Source: Rhodocyclaceae bacterium
Lineage (GTDB): Bacteria > Pseudomonadota > Gammaproteobacteria > Burkholderiales > Rhodocyclaceae
NCBI GenBank assembly: GCA_030652245.1
Contig: JAUSBB010000138.1
Coordinates: forward strand, 1-50,799
Direction: 5' to 3'
DNA length: 50,799 nucleotides
Shown piece by piece: positions 10,610 to 20,728 of this stretch. The notes beneath the pieces were generated by a model. It saw only the letters and a program-made list of their open reading frames with translations. It was not told where the DNA came from and did not search any database. The translations under genes were made by a program, and so were the position numbers. Each line of letters opens with the position of its first letter. Position 1 is the first letter of the stretch.

Positions 10610-11910
10610 GCCAGACCCTGCAAGCCATCCGCGGGATGAACGACATCCTGCCCGCCGACGCCGAGCGCTGGGAAGCCTTCGAGGAACTGATCCGCGACTG
10701 GCTGACGGCCTACGGCTACCGGCCGATCCGCATGCCGCTGGTCGAGCCGACCCCGCTGTTCGCCCGCGCCATCGGCGCCGTCACCGATATCGTCGAAAAG
10801 GAGATGTACTCCTTCACCGACAGCCTGAACGGCGAGCAACTGACGTTGCGCCCCGAAGGCACGGCCTCCTGCGTGCGCGCCGTGCTGCAGCACAACCTGT
10901 TGTATGACGGCCCCAAGCGGCTCTGGTACCTGGGCCCGATGTTCCGCCACGAACGGCCGCAGAAGGGTCGCTATCGCCAGTTTCATCAGGTCGGCGTCGA
11001 AGCGCTCGGCCTGACCGGTCCGGACATCGACGCCGAGCAGATCATCATGTGTTCTCGGCTGTGGGACGACCTGGGGCTGAACAGCGATGGCAGTATCAAG
11101 CTCGAAATCAATTCGCTTGGCCAGTTGGACGAGCGCGCAGCGCATCGCACCGCGCTGATCGCCTATCTGGAAAACCACGCCGACCAGTTGGACGAAGAAG
11201 CCCGACGACGGCTGCACAGCAACCCGCTGCGCATTCTCGACACCAAGAACCCGGCGCTGCAGACGTTGGTCGAGGGGGCGCCCAAGCTGATCGACTATCT
11301 GGGCAGCGACTCGCTCAAGCATTTCGAAGGCGTGCAGCGGTTGCTGAAAGATGCGGCGATTCCCTACCGCATCAACCCGCGTCTGGTGCGCGGGCTCGAC
11401 TATTACACTCTCACCGTGTTTGAATGGGTGACCGAGCGACTCGGCGCGCAGGGCACGGTGTGCGCCGGCGGCCGTTACGACGGCCTGGTCGAGCAGCTTG
11501 GCGGCAAGCCCGCGCCGGCCTGCGGTTTCGCGATGGGCATCGAACGGCTGATGGCGCTGCTCGAAGCGCAGGAAGGTTTCATCGCGCCGCCCGCGCCGGA
11601 TGTGTATGTCGTGCATCTCGGCGAGGCCGCGCAGCGGCTGGCTTTCCGAACGGCCGAAATGTTGCGGGATAGCGGCTGCGCCGTGTTCACCCACATGGGC
11701 GGCGGCAGCTTCAAGGCGCAATTCAAGCGCGCCGACGCATCGGGCGCGCAACTGGCGGTGATTATTGGCGACGACGAAGCCGCGAAGAATGAAGTGACCA
11801 TCAAGCCGCTGCGCGTAGCGGCTGAGCAGCAGCGTGTGCCGCTCGATGAACTGACGATCCGTGTCGGCGAATGGCTGTACGGCGCCGACGAAGAAACTAC
11901 CGAGGAATAA
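10606..11910 (+). CDS. hisS: Histidine-tRNA ligase
   Basis: [35 protein letters not shown]; start at MSQTLQ. Confidence 0.97.
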   Translation: MSQTLQAIRGMNDILPADAERWEAFEELIRDWLTAYGYRPIRMPLVEPTPLFARAIGAVTDIVEKEMYSFTDSLNGEQLTLRPEGTASCVRAVLQHNLLYDGPKRLWYLGPMFRHERPQKGRYRQFHQVGVEALGLTGPDIDAEQIIMCSRLWDDLGLNSDGSIKLEINSLGQLDERAAHRTALIAYLENHADQLDEEARRRLHSNPLRILDTKNPALQTLVEGAPKLIDYLGSDSLKHFEGVQRLLKDAAIPYRINPRLVRGLDYYTLTVFEWVTERLGAQGTVCAGGRYDGLVEQLGGKPAPACGFAMGIERLMALLEAQEGFIAPPAPDVYVVHLGEAAQRLAFRTAEMLRDSGCAVFTHMGGGSFKAQFKRADASGAQLAVIIGDDEAAKNEVTIKPLRVAAEQQRVPLDELTIRVGEWLYGADEETTEE

Positions 11911-11924
11911 GCGAGGAAAAACAC

Positions 11925-12569
11925 ATGGCGACCTACGATCTCGAAGAGCAGGAACAAATCGAAGAACTCAAAACCTGGTGGAAGCTGCACGGCACCTTGA
12001 TCACGGCCGTGGTCGTGGCGCTCGCCGTCGGCGTGGTCGGCTGGCAGGGCTGGCAGTGGTGGCAGCGCGGTCAGGCGGCACAGGCCGGGCAACTGTTTGG
12101 TGAATTGCAGCGCTCCCTGGTGCAGCAGGATGCCAAGCGCGTGCGCCTCCTGGCCGGCGAGTTGATCGACAAGCACGCGGGAACCGCCTATGCCGGCATG
12201 GCCGCCATGCTCTCGGGCAAGGTGCTGGTCGATGTCGGCGACCTCAAGTCCGCGCAGGCCCAGTTTGGCTGGGCCGCCGAGCATGCCAAGGACCCCGGCC
12301 TGCGCGATCTGGCGCGCCTGCGCCAGGCCATCGTGCTGGCCGAGGAGGGCAATCATGATGCAGCGCTGCAGCGACTCGCCGTTCCGCCAGCGCCGACTTT
12401 CAAGACCCGCTATCTCGAAGTGCGCGGTGACATCCTGATGGCGCAGGGCAAGCCCGCCGAAGCGCGCGCCGCCTATGACGAAGCGCTCAAGCTGTTGCCG
12501 GCCGAATCCGTCGGATCGCCCTATCGTGAAATTCTCGAAGCCAAACGGGATTCAGGAGGTGTGGCGTGA
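11925..12569 (+). CDS. yfgM: YfgM-family TPR membrane protein
   Basis: YDLEEQEQIEELKTWW, TM, TPR; lies between hisS and bamB. Confidence 0.9.
   Translation: MATYDLEEQEQIEELKTWWKLHGTLITAVVVALAVGVVGWQGWQWWQRGQAAQAGQLFGELQRSLVQQDAKRVRLLAGELIDKHAGTAYAGMAAMLSGKVLVDVGDLKSAQAQFGWAAEHAKDPGLRDLARLRQAIVLAEEGNHDAALQRLAVPPAPTFKTRYLEVRGDILMAQGKPAEARAAYDEALKLLPAESVGSPYREILEAKRDSGGVA
12378..12401 (-). repeat. 24-bp intragenic motif, copy 2 (yfgM)
   Basis: + strand GCCGTTCCGCCAGCGCCGACTTTC = reverse complement GAAAGTCGGCGCTGGCGGAACGGC; reads AVPPAPTF. Confidence 0.9.
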
Positions 12570-13741
12570 TGGCGCACTGGCGTGTCGGGCTTGTTTGTGC
12601 CGTGTTGCTGGGCGCAGGCGGTTGCTCAAGCATCAGCTCGACGGTTGACAAGCTCAACCCATTTTCTTCGTCCGCGCCCAAGGTGAAGCCCGCCGAACTG
12701 GTGGCGATCAAGCCCAGCGCCGAGATGACGCGTCTCTGGCAGGCCAGCATCGGCAACGCCGGCGAGTTCGTGTTCACGCCTGCCGTGGTCGGCAACAGCG
12801 TCTATGTCGCGGCCAAGGACGGTGCGCTGGCGCGCTTTGATGAGGGTCGTCAGGTCTGGAAGATCAGCACCGGGCAGACGATCTCGGGCGGCGTCGGCGC
12901 CAGCGACAAGCTGGTGGTGGTCGGCACCGCCAAGGGCGCTGTGCTGGCATTCCATGCGGCGGATGGTCGCCCGGCCTGGACGGCGCGCGCGAGTTCCGAG
13001 ATTCTCGCCGCCCCGGCGGTCTCTGGCGATCTCGTCGCGGTCAGAAGCGGGGATGCGCGCATTTTTGGATTCGAAGCAACGGATGGCAAACGCCGCTGGG
13101 TCTATCAGCGCAGCACGCCCGCGCTGGCCCTGCGTTCGCCGGTCGGCGTCACGCTGACGGAAAGTGCGCTCTATGCCGGCTTCCCCGGCGGCAAGCTGGT
13201 GGCCGTGGCACTCAACAATGGCGCGGCGCTGTGGGAGAGCGCCGTCGCCTTGCCGCGCGGCGTCACCGAACTGGAACGGATTGCCGACGTCGCGAGCGAT
13301 CCCGTGGTGGAGGGCAGGAGCGTCTGCGCCGTCGCCTATCAGGGGCGGGTTGCCTGTTTCGACACCGGCAATGGCGCGCTGCAATGGGCGCGCGACGTGT
13401 CATCCATCAATGGTCTCGACATCGGCAATCGCGCCCTCTACGTCACCGACGAGAAAGACGCGGTGCACGCTTTCGACCGCGCCAGCGGCGCCAGTCTCTG
13501 GAAGCAGGACAAGCTCGCCCTGCGCGGGGTGTCGCGGCCGCTGGCCGTGGGGCGCCACATTGCCGTTGCCGACTTTCAAGGCGTGGTGCATCTCCTGTCC
13601 GCGGCAGACGGCGCTTTTGCCGCGCGGCTCACCACCGATGGTTCGGCGGTTGTCGCTGCGCCAAGACGCTTGGGCAACACGGACGACAGGTTCGTTGTGC
13701 AGACCAGGAATGGCGCCGTCAATGCGTTGGTCATAAAATAG
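12566..13741 (+). CDS. bamB: Outer membrane protein assembly factor BamB
   Basis: Lipoprotein signal (GGC), PQQ-type beta-propeller repeats, TELERIADV; synteny. Start is GTG 12566 or ATG 12569. Confidence 0.93.
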   Translation: MMAHWRVGLVCAVLLGAGGCSSISSTVDKLNPFSSSAPKVKPAELVAIKPSAEMTRLWQASIGNAGEFVFTPAVVGNSVYVAAKDGALARFDEGRQVWKISTGQTISGGVGASDKLVVVGTAKGAVLAFHAADGRPAWTARASSEILAAPAVSGDLVAVRSGDARIFGFEATDGKRRWVYQRSTPALALRSPVGVTLTESALYAGFPGGKLVAVALNNGAALWESAVALPRGVTELERIADVASDPVVEGRSVCAVAYQGRVACFDTGNGALQWARDVSSINGLDIGNRALYVTDEKDAVHAFDRASGASLWKQDKLALRGVSRPLAVGRHIAVADFQGVVHLLSAADGAFAARLTTDGSAVVAAPRRLGNTDDRFVVQTRNGAVNALVIK

Positions 13742-15067
13742 ATGCTCCCCACACTGGCCATCGTAGGCCGCCCCAACGTCGGCAAGTCCACGCTCTTCAA
13801 CCGGCTGACCAAGACGCGCGATGCGCTGGTCGCCGACCAGCCCGGCCTGACGCGCGACCGTCATTACGGTCACGGCCGGCTTGGCGATCGTGCGTTTCTC
13901 GTCATCGACACCGGCGGCTTCGAGCCGCAGGCCACCGAAGGAATCGTCCATGAAATGGCGCGCCAGGCCGAGGCGGCGATTGCCGAGGCGGACGCGCTGC
14001 TGTTCATCGTCGACTGCCGCGTCGGCCTCACGCCACAAGACCGGGTCATCGCCGAGCGGCTGCGCAAGTCCGGCCGGCCGCTGCACCTGGTGGTCAACAA
14101 GGCCGAGGGCATGAACCGCGACGTGGTCGCCGCCGAATTCCACGAACTCGGTTGCGGCGAACCGCGCGTCATTTCGTCGGCCCACGGCGAGGGCGTGCGC
14201 GAATTGCTCGAATTCGTGCTGGCGGATTTTCCGGCCGAAGAGCGCGCGGCGGACGACAGCGGCGGCCCGCGCGTCGCCATCGTCGGGCGCCCCAACGTCG
14301 GCAAGAGCACGCTGATCAACACGCTGCTCGGCGAAGAGCGCATGATCGCTTTCGACATGCCGGGCACCACGCGCGATGCCATCGCCACGCCCTTCGAGCG
14401 GAACGGCAAGCACTACACGCTGATCGACACCGCCGGCCTGCGCCGCAAGGGGCGCGTCTTTGAAACCATCGAGAAATTTTCGGTGGTCAAGACGCTGCAC
14501 GCCATCGAGGCGGCCAACGTTGTCGTGCTGATGGTCGACGCGAGCCAGGATATTTCCGATCAGGATGCGCACATTGCCGGCTTCTGCATCGAGGCGGGCC
14601 GCGCGCTGGTGCTGGCGGTGAATAAATGGGACGCCATCGACGCCTATCGCCGCGAGCAGATCAAGCAGGACGTCGCCCGCAAGCTCAATTTCCTGGGTTT
14701 CGCGCGCGTGCATCACATCTCCGCGCTGAAAGGGCAGGGCGTGGCGGGCGTGCTGCAATCGGTCGATCGCGCCTACGCCGCCGCGATGGCCAAGCTGACC
14801 ACCCCCAAGCTCACCCGCGTGTTGCTCGATGCCGTGCAAAAGCAGGCGCCGCCCCGGCATGGCAATGTCCGCCCCAAACTGCGCTATGCGCACCAGGGCG
14901 GCAGCAACCCGCCGATCGTCGTCATCCACGGCAATGCGCTCGAACACGTACCCCCCGCTTACGTGCGTTACCTGGAGCACGTTTTCGTCGAGACCTTCAA
15001 GCTGCAAGGCACGCCGCTGCGTATTCAGTTCAAGGTCACCAAGAATCCTTACGTGGACAAAAAATAA
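13742..15067 (+). CDS. der: Ribosome biogenesis GTPase Der/EngA
   Basis: Two GRPNVGKS P-loops, DTGG and DTAG, KH-like C-terminus. Confidence 0.98.
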   Translation: MLPTLAIVGRPNVGKSTLFNRLTKTRDALVADQPGLTRDRHYGHGRLGDRAFLVIDTGGFEPQATEGIVHEMARQAEAAIAEADALLFIVDCRVGLTPQDRVIAERLRKSGRPLHLVVNKAEGMNRDVVAAEFHELGCGEPRVISSAHGEGVRELLEFVLADFPAEERAADDSGGPRVAIVGRPNVGKSTLINTLLGEERMIAFDMPGTTRDAIATPFERNGKHYTLIDTAGLRRKGRVFETIEKFSVVKTLHAIEAANVVVLMVDASQDISDQDAHIAGFCIEAGRALVLAVNKWDAIDAYRREQIKQDVARKLNFLGFARVHHISALKGQGVAGVLQSVDRAYAAAMAKLTTPKLTRVLLDAVQKQAPPRHGNVRPKLRYAHQGGSNPPIVVIHGNALEHVPPAYVRYLEHVFVETFKLQGTPLRIQFKVTKNPYVDKK

Positions 15068-15076
15068 GGTGAAGCG

Positions 15077-15406
15077 ATGACCTATGTCGTGACCGAAAAC
15101 TGCATCAAGTGCAAATACACCGATTGCGTGGATGTCTGTCCGGTCGACTGTTTTCGCGAGGGGCCGAACTTTCTGGTCATCGATCCGGACGAATGCATCG
15201 ACTGCACCCTGTGCGTCCCCGAATGTCCCGCCGAGGCGATTTTTGCCGAAGAGGATGTCCCCGCGGCGCAACAGGACTTTATCGCCTTGAATGCCGAACT
15301 GGCCAAGCAATGGCCGGCCATCATCGAACGCAAGGACCCGCCGGCGGATGCGGACGAGTGGCTGGGCAAGCCCAACAAACGCAGCCTGCTCGACCGCTGC
15401 GGATAA
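15077..15406 (+). CDS. fdxA: Ferredoxin (7Fe, FdxA type)
   Basis: [18 protein letters not shown]...[13 protein letters not shown]. Confidence 0.93.
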   Translation: MTYVVTENCIKCKYTDCVDVCPVDCFREGPNFLVIDPDECIDCTLCVPECPAEAIFAEEDVPAAQQDFIALNAELAKQWPAIIERKDPPADADEWLGKPNKRSLLDRCG

Positions 15407-15460
15407 AGTCGCGTGATAGACTGAAACCACCGTTTCCTGACCACTGACCACTGAACCCTG

Positions 15461-16594
15461 ATGTCCGGCAACACCATTGGCACGTTGTTTAGCGTGACTT
15501 CATTCGGCGAATCGCATGGTCCGGCCATCGGTTGCGTCGTGGATGGCTGCCCGCCCGGTCTGGCGCTGTGCGAGGCCGACATCCAGAGCGAGCTTGACCG
15601 GCGCAAGCCCGGTACCTCGCGCCATGTCACCCAGCGGCGCGAGGACGACAAGGTCGAAATCCTTTCCGGCGTGTTCGAAGGCAAGACCACCGGCACGCCG
15701 ATTGCGCTCCTGATCCGCAACACCGACCAGCGCAGCAAGGACTACGGCAACATCGCCCAGAGTTTCCGGCCGGGCCATGCCGATTACACCTACTGGCAGA
15801 AATACGGCATCCGCGATTATCGCGGCGGCGGCCGCGCGTCGGCGCGCGAGACGGCGGTGCGCGTCGCCGCGGGCGCCATCGCCAGGAAATGGTTGCACGA
15901 GCGTTACGCGATCACGGTGCGCGGCTGGATGAGCGCGCTGGGGCCGATCGCCATCCCGTTCGTCGATGCTACCGTCATCGACAGCAATCCGTTCTTCGTG
16001 CCCAATGCCGCCATCGTTCCCGAACTGGAGGCCTACATGGACCAGTTGCGCAAGGATGGCGATTCGGTGGGGGCGAAGATCGAGGTGACGGCGACCAACG
16101 TGCCGCCGGGCTGGGGCGACCCGGTCTATGGCCGGCTCGACGCCCAGATCGCCTATGCGATGATGGGCATCAACGCCGTCAAGGGCGTCGAGATCGGCGC
16201 CGGTTTCGCCGCTGTCGCCCAACGCGGCAGTGAACATGGCGACGAACTGACGCCGGAAGGTTTTTTGAGCAATCACGCCGGCGGCATTCTCGGGGGCATT
16301 TCCTCCGGACAGGATGTCACCGTCAGCATCGTCATCAAGCCGACGTCGAGCATTCGTCTGCCGCGCCGTTCGATCGACCTGGCGGGCCAGCCGGCCACGG
16401 TGGAAACCCATGGTCGCCACGATCCCTGCGTCGGCATCCGCGCCACGCCGATCGCCGAAGCCATGCTGGCGCTGGTGCTGATGGATGCGGCCCTGTTGCA
16501 CCGGGCGCAGTGCGCCGATGTGCGCTGTCCGACCCCGGCCATCCCTGGCAAATTGGCGGGCAAATTAGCTGGAAAATTGGCCGCCAAACCCTAA
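15461..16594 (+). CDS. aroC: Chorismate synthase
   Basis: [28 protein letters not shown]. Confidence 0.97.
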   Translation: MSGNTIGTLFSVTSFGESHGPAIGCVVDGCPPGLALCEADIQSELDRRKPGTSRHVTQRREDDKVEILSGVFEGKTTGTPIALLIRNTDQRSKDYGNIAQSFRPGHADYTYWQKYGIRDYRGGGRASARETAVRVAAGAIARKWLHERYAITVRGWMSALGPIAIPFVDATVIDSNPFFVPNAAIVPELEAYMDQLRKDGDSVGAKIEVTATNVPPGWGDPVYGRLDAQIAYAMMGINAVKGVEIGAGFAAVAQRGSEHGDELTPEGFLSNHAGGILGGISSGQDVTVSIVIKPTSSIRLPRRSIDLAGQPATVETHGRHDPCVGIRATPIAEAMLALVLMDAALLHRAQCADVRCPTPAIPGKLAGKLAGKLAAKP

Positions 16595-16656
16595 GATTTT
16601 GCCTGCTAGAATTCACCAATTCACAGCCAATAATTCGACAAACTCGGGAGGAAAAC

Positions 16657-16920
16657 ATGCGCATCGAGCACCACGACCTGTACAGCGAATTTCCGGAAAT
16701 GCGCGATGCCATCGACACCCTCAGGGCGAAGAGCGGGCATTTCGCCGGGATGTTCGGCCGCTACGACCGACTGACCGGCAAGGTCGAGAATCTTGAAGAG
16801 CATGACATGCCCGTTGCCGACTTCACGCTGGAAGACATGAAAAAAATGCGCGTCAGGCTGAAGGACGAGATTTATCAGTTGCTGCTGGTTTTCCGGATCG
16901 GCCAGAAGCACTGCGTCTGA
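16657..16920 (+). CDS. Small YdcH/DUF465-family protein
   Basis: HHDL..EFPE..I..L...HFA..F..Y...K.RVRLKDEIY; RBS GGAGG. Confidence 0.75.
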   Translation: MRIEHHDLYSEFPEMRDAIDTLRAKSGHFAGMFGRYDRLTGKVENLEEHDMPVADFTLEDMKKMRVRLKDEIYQLLLVFRIGQKHCV

Positions 16921-16994
16921 TTACCGCTGGCGTTTTTTTCGCCGGCCGGGGCGCCCGGCTGATCCCTGTCCGCCCCACCTAACCTAGGCGTCGC

Positions 16995-18143
16995 ATGCCG
17001 GTCTCTCCCCTTGGACGCTTGGGCGTCTGGTATTTTTTCTACTTCGCCTTTGTCGGCGCTTTCGCGCCGTTTTTCACGCTGTATCTCCAGGATGTCGGTC
17101 TCTCCGCTTGGGAGATCGGCGTGCTGATGTCGGTGCCGCAGGTGATGCGTCTGGTGGCGCCGAACCTGTGGGGACTGTTGGCCGACTACATTGGGCAGCG
17201 GGTCAGGATTGTGCGTCTGGCCGCGCTGTTCTCGGCACTGGGGTTTGCCGGCTTCTTCTTCACCCGGGATTACGTGCCGATGTTGCTGGCGATGGCCCTG
17301 GTCTGGTTTTTCTGGAGTGCCGCGCTGCCCCTGGTCGAGGCCATGACGCTCGATTATCTGGCGGAACATCCCGACCGCTACGGACGGATTCGCCTCTGGG
17401 GTTCCGTCGGCTTCATTGTCAGCGTGATGGTTATCGGCGCGCTGCTCGACTACCTGCCGATTGCCGCGCTGCTGTGGGCCATTCTGGCCATTCTGGCGAG
17501 CGTGCTGGCGAGCGCCCTGACCCTGCCCGATGCAAAAGTCGGCGCTGGCGGGACGGCGCCGCCACTGGGCAGTCTTCTCAAGCGCCCCGAGGTGCTGGCG
17601 TTACTGGCGGCGTGCTTTTTCATGGCGGTTGCCCACGGCCCGCTCTACGTCTTTTATTCGATTCATCTGGTTGATCACGGCTACGGCAAGATGGCGGTCG
17701 GCCTGTTCTGGTCACTCGGCGTGCTGGCTGAGATTGGCGTATTCATGGCCATGCCACGCCTGATGCGGCGGGTGTCGTTGCGCCGCATCCTACTGGCGAG
17801 CTTTGCCCTGGCGGTATTGCGCTTCCTCCTGATCGGCTGGGGGGCGGATTCGCCGGTGCTGTTGGTCATCGCGCAGCTCCTGCACGGCGCGACCTTCGGA
17901 GCCTACCATGCAGCGGCAATGGCGGTGCTGACGCGCTGGTTTGTCTCAAGGCAGCAGGCGCGCATTCAAGGCATTTACGGCAGCCTTTCATTCGGCGCTG
18001 GCGGCATGGTTGGCGGCATTGTCAGCGGCGCGGCCTGGGGTAGTCTGGGCGCCGGAATCACCTACACGCTGGCCGCGCTCTTCGCTGTCTGCGGCTGGTG
18101 GCTGGTTTGGCGCAGCCCGGCCGCGGCATGGCCTGTGAGATAA
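16995..18143 (+). CDS. MFS transporter (HcaT/PPP-like)
   Basis: About 12 TM segments; YGRIRLWGSVGF, QLLHGATFG. Confidence 0.88.
   Translation: MPVSPLGRLGVWYFFYFAFVGAFAPFFTLYLQDVGLSAWEIGVLMSVPQVMRLVAPNLWGLLADYIGQRVRIVRLAALFSALGFAGFFFTRDYVPMLLAMALVWFFWSAALPLVEAMTLDYLAEHPDRYGRIRLWGSVGFIVSVMVIGALLDYLPIAALLWAILAILASVLASALTLPDAKVGAGGTAPPLGSLLKRPEVLALLAACFFMAVAHGPLYVFYSIHLVDHGYGKMAVGLFWSLGVLAEIGVFMAMPRLMRRVSLRRILLASFALAVLRFLLIGWGADSPVLLVIAQLLHGATFGAYHAAAMAVLTRWFVSRQQARIQGIYGSLSFGAGGMVGGIVSGAAWGSLGAGITYTLAALFAVCGWWLVWRSPAAAWPVR
17534..17557 (+). repeat. 24-bp intragenic motif, copy 3 (MFS central loop)
   Basis: AAAAGTCGGCGCTGGCGGGACGGC; reads KVGAGGTA. Confidence 0.92.
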
Positions 18144-18185
18144 TGAAAGTTCATGTGCCGGATTGCTGTTTTTAAGGAGACGATT

Positions 18186-18308
18186 GTGAAAATATTGATG
18201 CTCATCCTCGCTGCCGCCGCCTTCATCCTGGCCGGTTGCAATACCGTGCAGGGCATTGGCAAGGACATCGAAAAAGGTGGCGAAGCGATTCAGAAGGCTG
18301 TCAAGTAG
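18186..18308 (+). CDS. Entericidin A/B family lipoprotein (40 aa; absent from the ORF track)
   Basis: GTG start after AAGGAG; [40 protein letters not shown] with the LAGC-NT..G.G.D signature. Confidence 0.88.
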   Translation: MKILMLILAAAAFILAGCNTVQGIGKDIEKGGEAIQKAVK

Positions 18309-18373
18309 ATGCGGGTAGCCGGTGCCGGTTGGTCGCACCGGACAATCCTGCTTATTCACATAGGAAAATCTTA

Positions 18374-19426
18374 ATGAAAATTTGTGTCCTCCCGGGCGAC
18401 GGTATCGGCCCGGAAATTACCGCCGAGGCGGTGCGCGTACTCAAGGCGCTCGACTTGAAAATCGAGATGGAAGAGGCGCTGCTGGGCGGTTGCGCCGTCG
18501 ACGCCACGGGCAACCCTTACCCAGAGGCGACGCAGAAGCTGGCGCGGGTGGCCGATGCGGTGCTGCTCGGCGCCGTGGGCGGCCCGCAGTGGGATAGCCT
18601 GCCGCGCGAACAACGCCCGGAGCGCGGCCTGCTCGGCATCCGCAAGGATCTCGGCCTGTTCGCCAACCTGCGTCCGGCGATTCTTTATCCCGAGCTCGCC
18701 AACGCCTCGACGCTCAAGCCCGAAGTGGTGGCCGGTCTCGACATCCTGATCGTGCGCGAACTGACCGGTGACATCTATTTCGGCCAGCCGCGCGGCATCG
18801 AGGTCAGGAACGGCGAGCGCGTCGGCTTCAACACCATGATCTACTCTGAAAGCGAGATTCGCCGCATCCTGCGCGTCGCTTTCGAAGCCGCCATGAAGCG
18901 CAACAAGAAGGTCTGTTCGGTCGACAAGATGAACGTGCTCGAGTGCACCCAGTTGTGGCGCGACGTCGCCATCGAAGTGGGCAAGGAATATCCGGAGGTC
19001 GAACTGTCGCACCTGCTGGTCGACAACGCCGCCATGCAGTTGGTGCGCGCGCCAAAGCAGTTCGACGTGATGGTGACCGGCAACATGTTCGGCGACATTC
19101 TTTCCGACGAAGCCTCGATGCTGACGGGTTCGATCGGCATGCTGCCCTCGGCCTCCCTCGATGCCAACAACAAGGGTATGTACGAACCTTCGCACGGCTC
19201 GGCGCCGGATATTGCCGGCCAGGGCGTGGCCAATCCGCTGGCGACGATTCTGTCGGCCGCCATGATGTTGCGGTATACCTTTGCCAATGAAGCGGCCGCG
19301 CAGCGCGTCGAGGGCGCGGTGAAAAAAGTGCTGGCGCAAGGCTTCCGTACCGGCGATATTTTCGAGCCCGGCACAAAGCGCGTGGGCACGCGGGAAATGG
19401 GCGACGCCGTGCTGGCGGCGCTGTGA
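18374..19426 (+). CDS. leuB: 3-isopropylmalate dehydrogenase
   Basis: [30 protein letters not shown]. Confidence 0.97.
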   Translation: MKICVLPGDGIGPEITAEAVRVLKALDLKIEMEEALLGGCAVDATGNPYPEATQKLARVADAVLLGAVGGPQWDSLPREQRPERGLLGIRKDLGLFANLRPAILYPELANASTLKPEVVAGLDILIVRELTGDIYFGQPRGIEVRNGERVGFNTMIYSESEIRRILRVAFEAAMKRNKKVCSVDKMNVLECTQLWRDVAIEVGKEYPEVELSHLLVDNAAMQLVRAPKQFDVMVTGNMFGDILSDEASMLTGSIGMLPSASLDANNKGMYEPSHGSAPDIAGQGVANPLATILSAAMMLRYTFANEAAAQRVEGAVKKVLAQGFRTGDIFEPGTKRVGTREMGDAVLAAL

Positions 19427-19454
19427 TTGATCTTAATAAGTGTAGGTGAATGTC

Positions 19455-20576
19455 ATGAAGAAAGTAGGTCTGGTGGGCTGGCGCGGCATGGTTGGCTCGG
19501 TGCTGATGCAGCGCATGCGCGAGGAAAACGATTTTGCCCTGATCGATCCGGTGTTCTTCACGACATCGAACGTCGGCGGACAGGCGCCCGCCGAAGCCGG
19601 CGGCGCACCCTTGAAGGATGGAATGGACATCGCAGCGCTCAAGCAGATGGACATCATCATCACCTGCCAGGGCGGCGACTACACCAAGGCGGTGTTCGGG
19701 CCGCTGCGCGCCAGCGGCTGGGATGGCCTGTGGATCGACGCGGCATCCAGCTTGCGCATGGCCGACGATGCGATCATCATCCTCGACCCGGTGAACCTCG
19801 ATGTGATCAAGGCGGGGCTGGCGCGAGGCGTGAAGAACTACATCGGCGGCAACTGCACGGTGTCGCTGATGCTGATGGGGCTGGGCGGCCTGTTTCGTAA
19901 CGACCTGGTCGAATGGGTTTCCGCCATGACCTACCAGGCGGCCTCCGGTGCCGGCGCCCAGAACATGCGCGAGCTGATCGCCCAGATGGGCGTGCTGCAC
20001 GATGCCGTCAAGGCCGAGTTGGCCGATCCCGCCTCGGCCATCCTCGACATCGACCGCAAGGTGGCCGAGACCATGCGTTCCGCCTCGTTTCCGACCAAGA
20101 ACTTCCGTGGCATGCCGCTGGCCGGCAGCCTGATCCCGTGGATCGACGTCGCCGTTGAAGGCGGCCAGTCGAAGGAGGAATGGAAGGGCGGCGCGGAGTG
20201 CAACAAGATTCTCGGCCGGCCGGCGTTTCGCACCGCCGGCAGCATCCCCATCGATGGCCTGTGCGTGCGTGTCGGCGCCATGCGCTGCCATTCGCAGGGC
20301 TTGACCATCAAGCTCAGGAAGGATGCGCCTCTGGATGAGCTTAGCGACATCATCGCCAAGGGTAATGACTGGGTGAAGGTCGTCCCCAACGAGCGCGAGA
20401 TTTCCGAGCGCGAATTGACGCCAGCCGCCGTCACCGGCACGCTGACCGTGCCGGTCGGGCGTCTGCACAAGTTGGCGATGGGGCCGGAGTATCTGGGGGC
20501 GTTCACCTGCGGCGACCAGTTGTTGTGGGGCGCGGCGGAACCCTTGCGGCGCATGTTGCGAATTTTGCTCGCTTGA
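19455..20576 (+). CDS. asd: Aspartate-semialdehyde dehydrogenase
   Basis: [31 protein letters not shown]. Confidence 0.97.
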   Translation: MKKVGLVGWRGMVGSVLMQRMREENDFALIDPVFFTTSNVGGQAPAEAGGAPLKDGMDIAALKQMDIIITCQGGDYTKAVFGPLRASGWDGLWIDAASSLRMADDAIIILDPVNLDVIKAGLARGVKNYIGGNCTVSLMLMGLGGLFRNDLVEWVSAMTYQAASGAGAQNMRELIAQMGVLHDAVKAELADPASAILDIDRKVAETMRSASFPTKNFRGMPLAGSLIPWIDVAVEGGQSKEEWKGGAECNKILGRPAFRTAGSIPIDGLCVRVGAMRCHSQGLTIKLRKDAPLDELSDIIAKGNDWVKVVPNEREISERELTPAAVTGTLTVPVGRLHKLAMGPEYLGAFTCGDQLLWGAAEPLRRMLRILLA

Positions 20577-20728
20577 ATGAAGATGGCAAGGTAATGCAAA
20601 GGTTGAGCTTGCACCGTTAAGGCCATGATGTTATTTTGCTTTCCGCCAACATCCGCTGACGCGGGTGCTTGGCCTGCTCCAAAGCTGCGTTTGAATGTGG
20701 TCTAACCAGTCCCCAGCGGGGAGGCATT

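Noticed and set aside
13400-15451. Long antisense ORFs (683 aa here; also 20825-22828, 32530-34509, 45490-47973)
   Set aside because: Shadow frames of well-supported genes in high-GC DNA, with no recognisable domains.
17992-18004. Partial match to the 24-bp motif (TCGGCGCTGGCGG); other partial matches near 13562 and 27568
   Set aside because: They lack one or both ends or have at least 4 mismatches, which is plausible by chance in GC-rich coding DNA, so they were not counted.
20585-20600. Possible sigma54 promoter upstream of fimV (TGGCAAGGTAATGC)
   Set aside because: GG-GC spacing is 9 bp, not the required 10.
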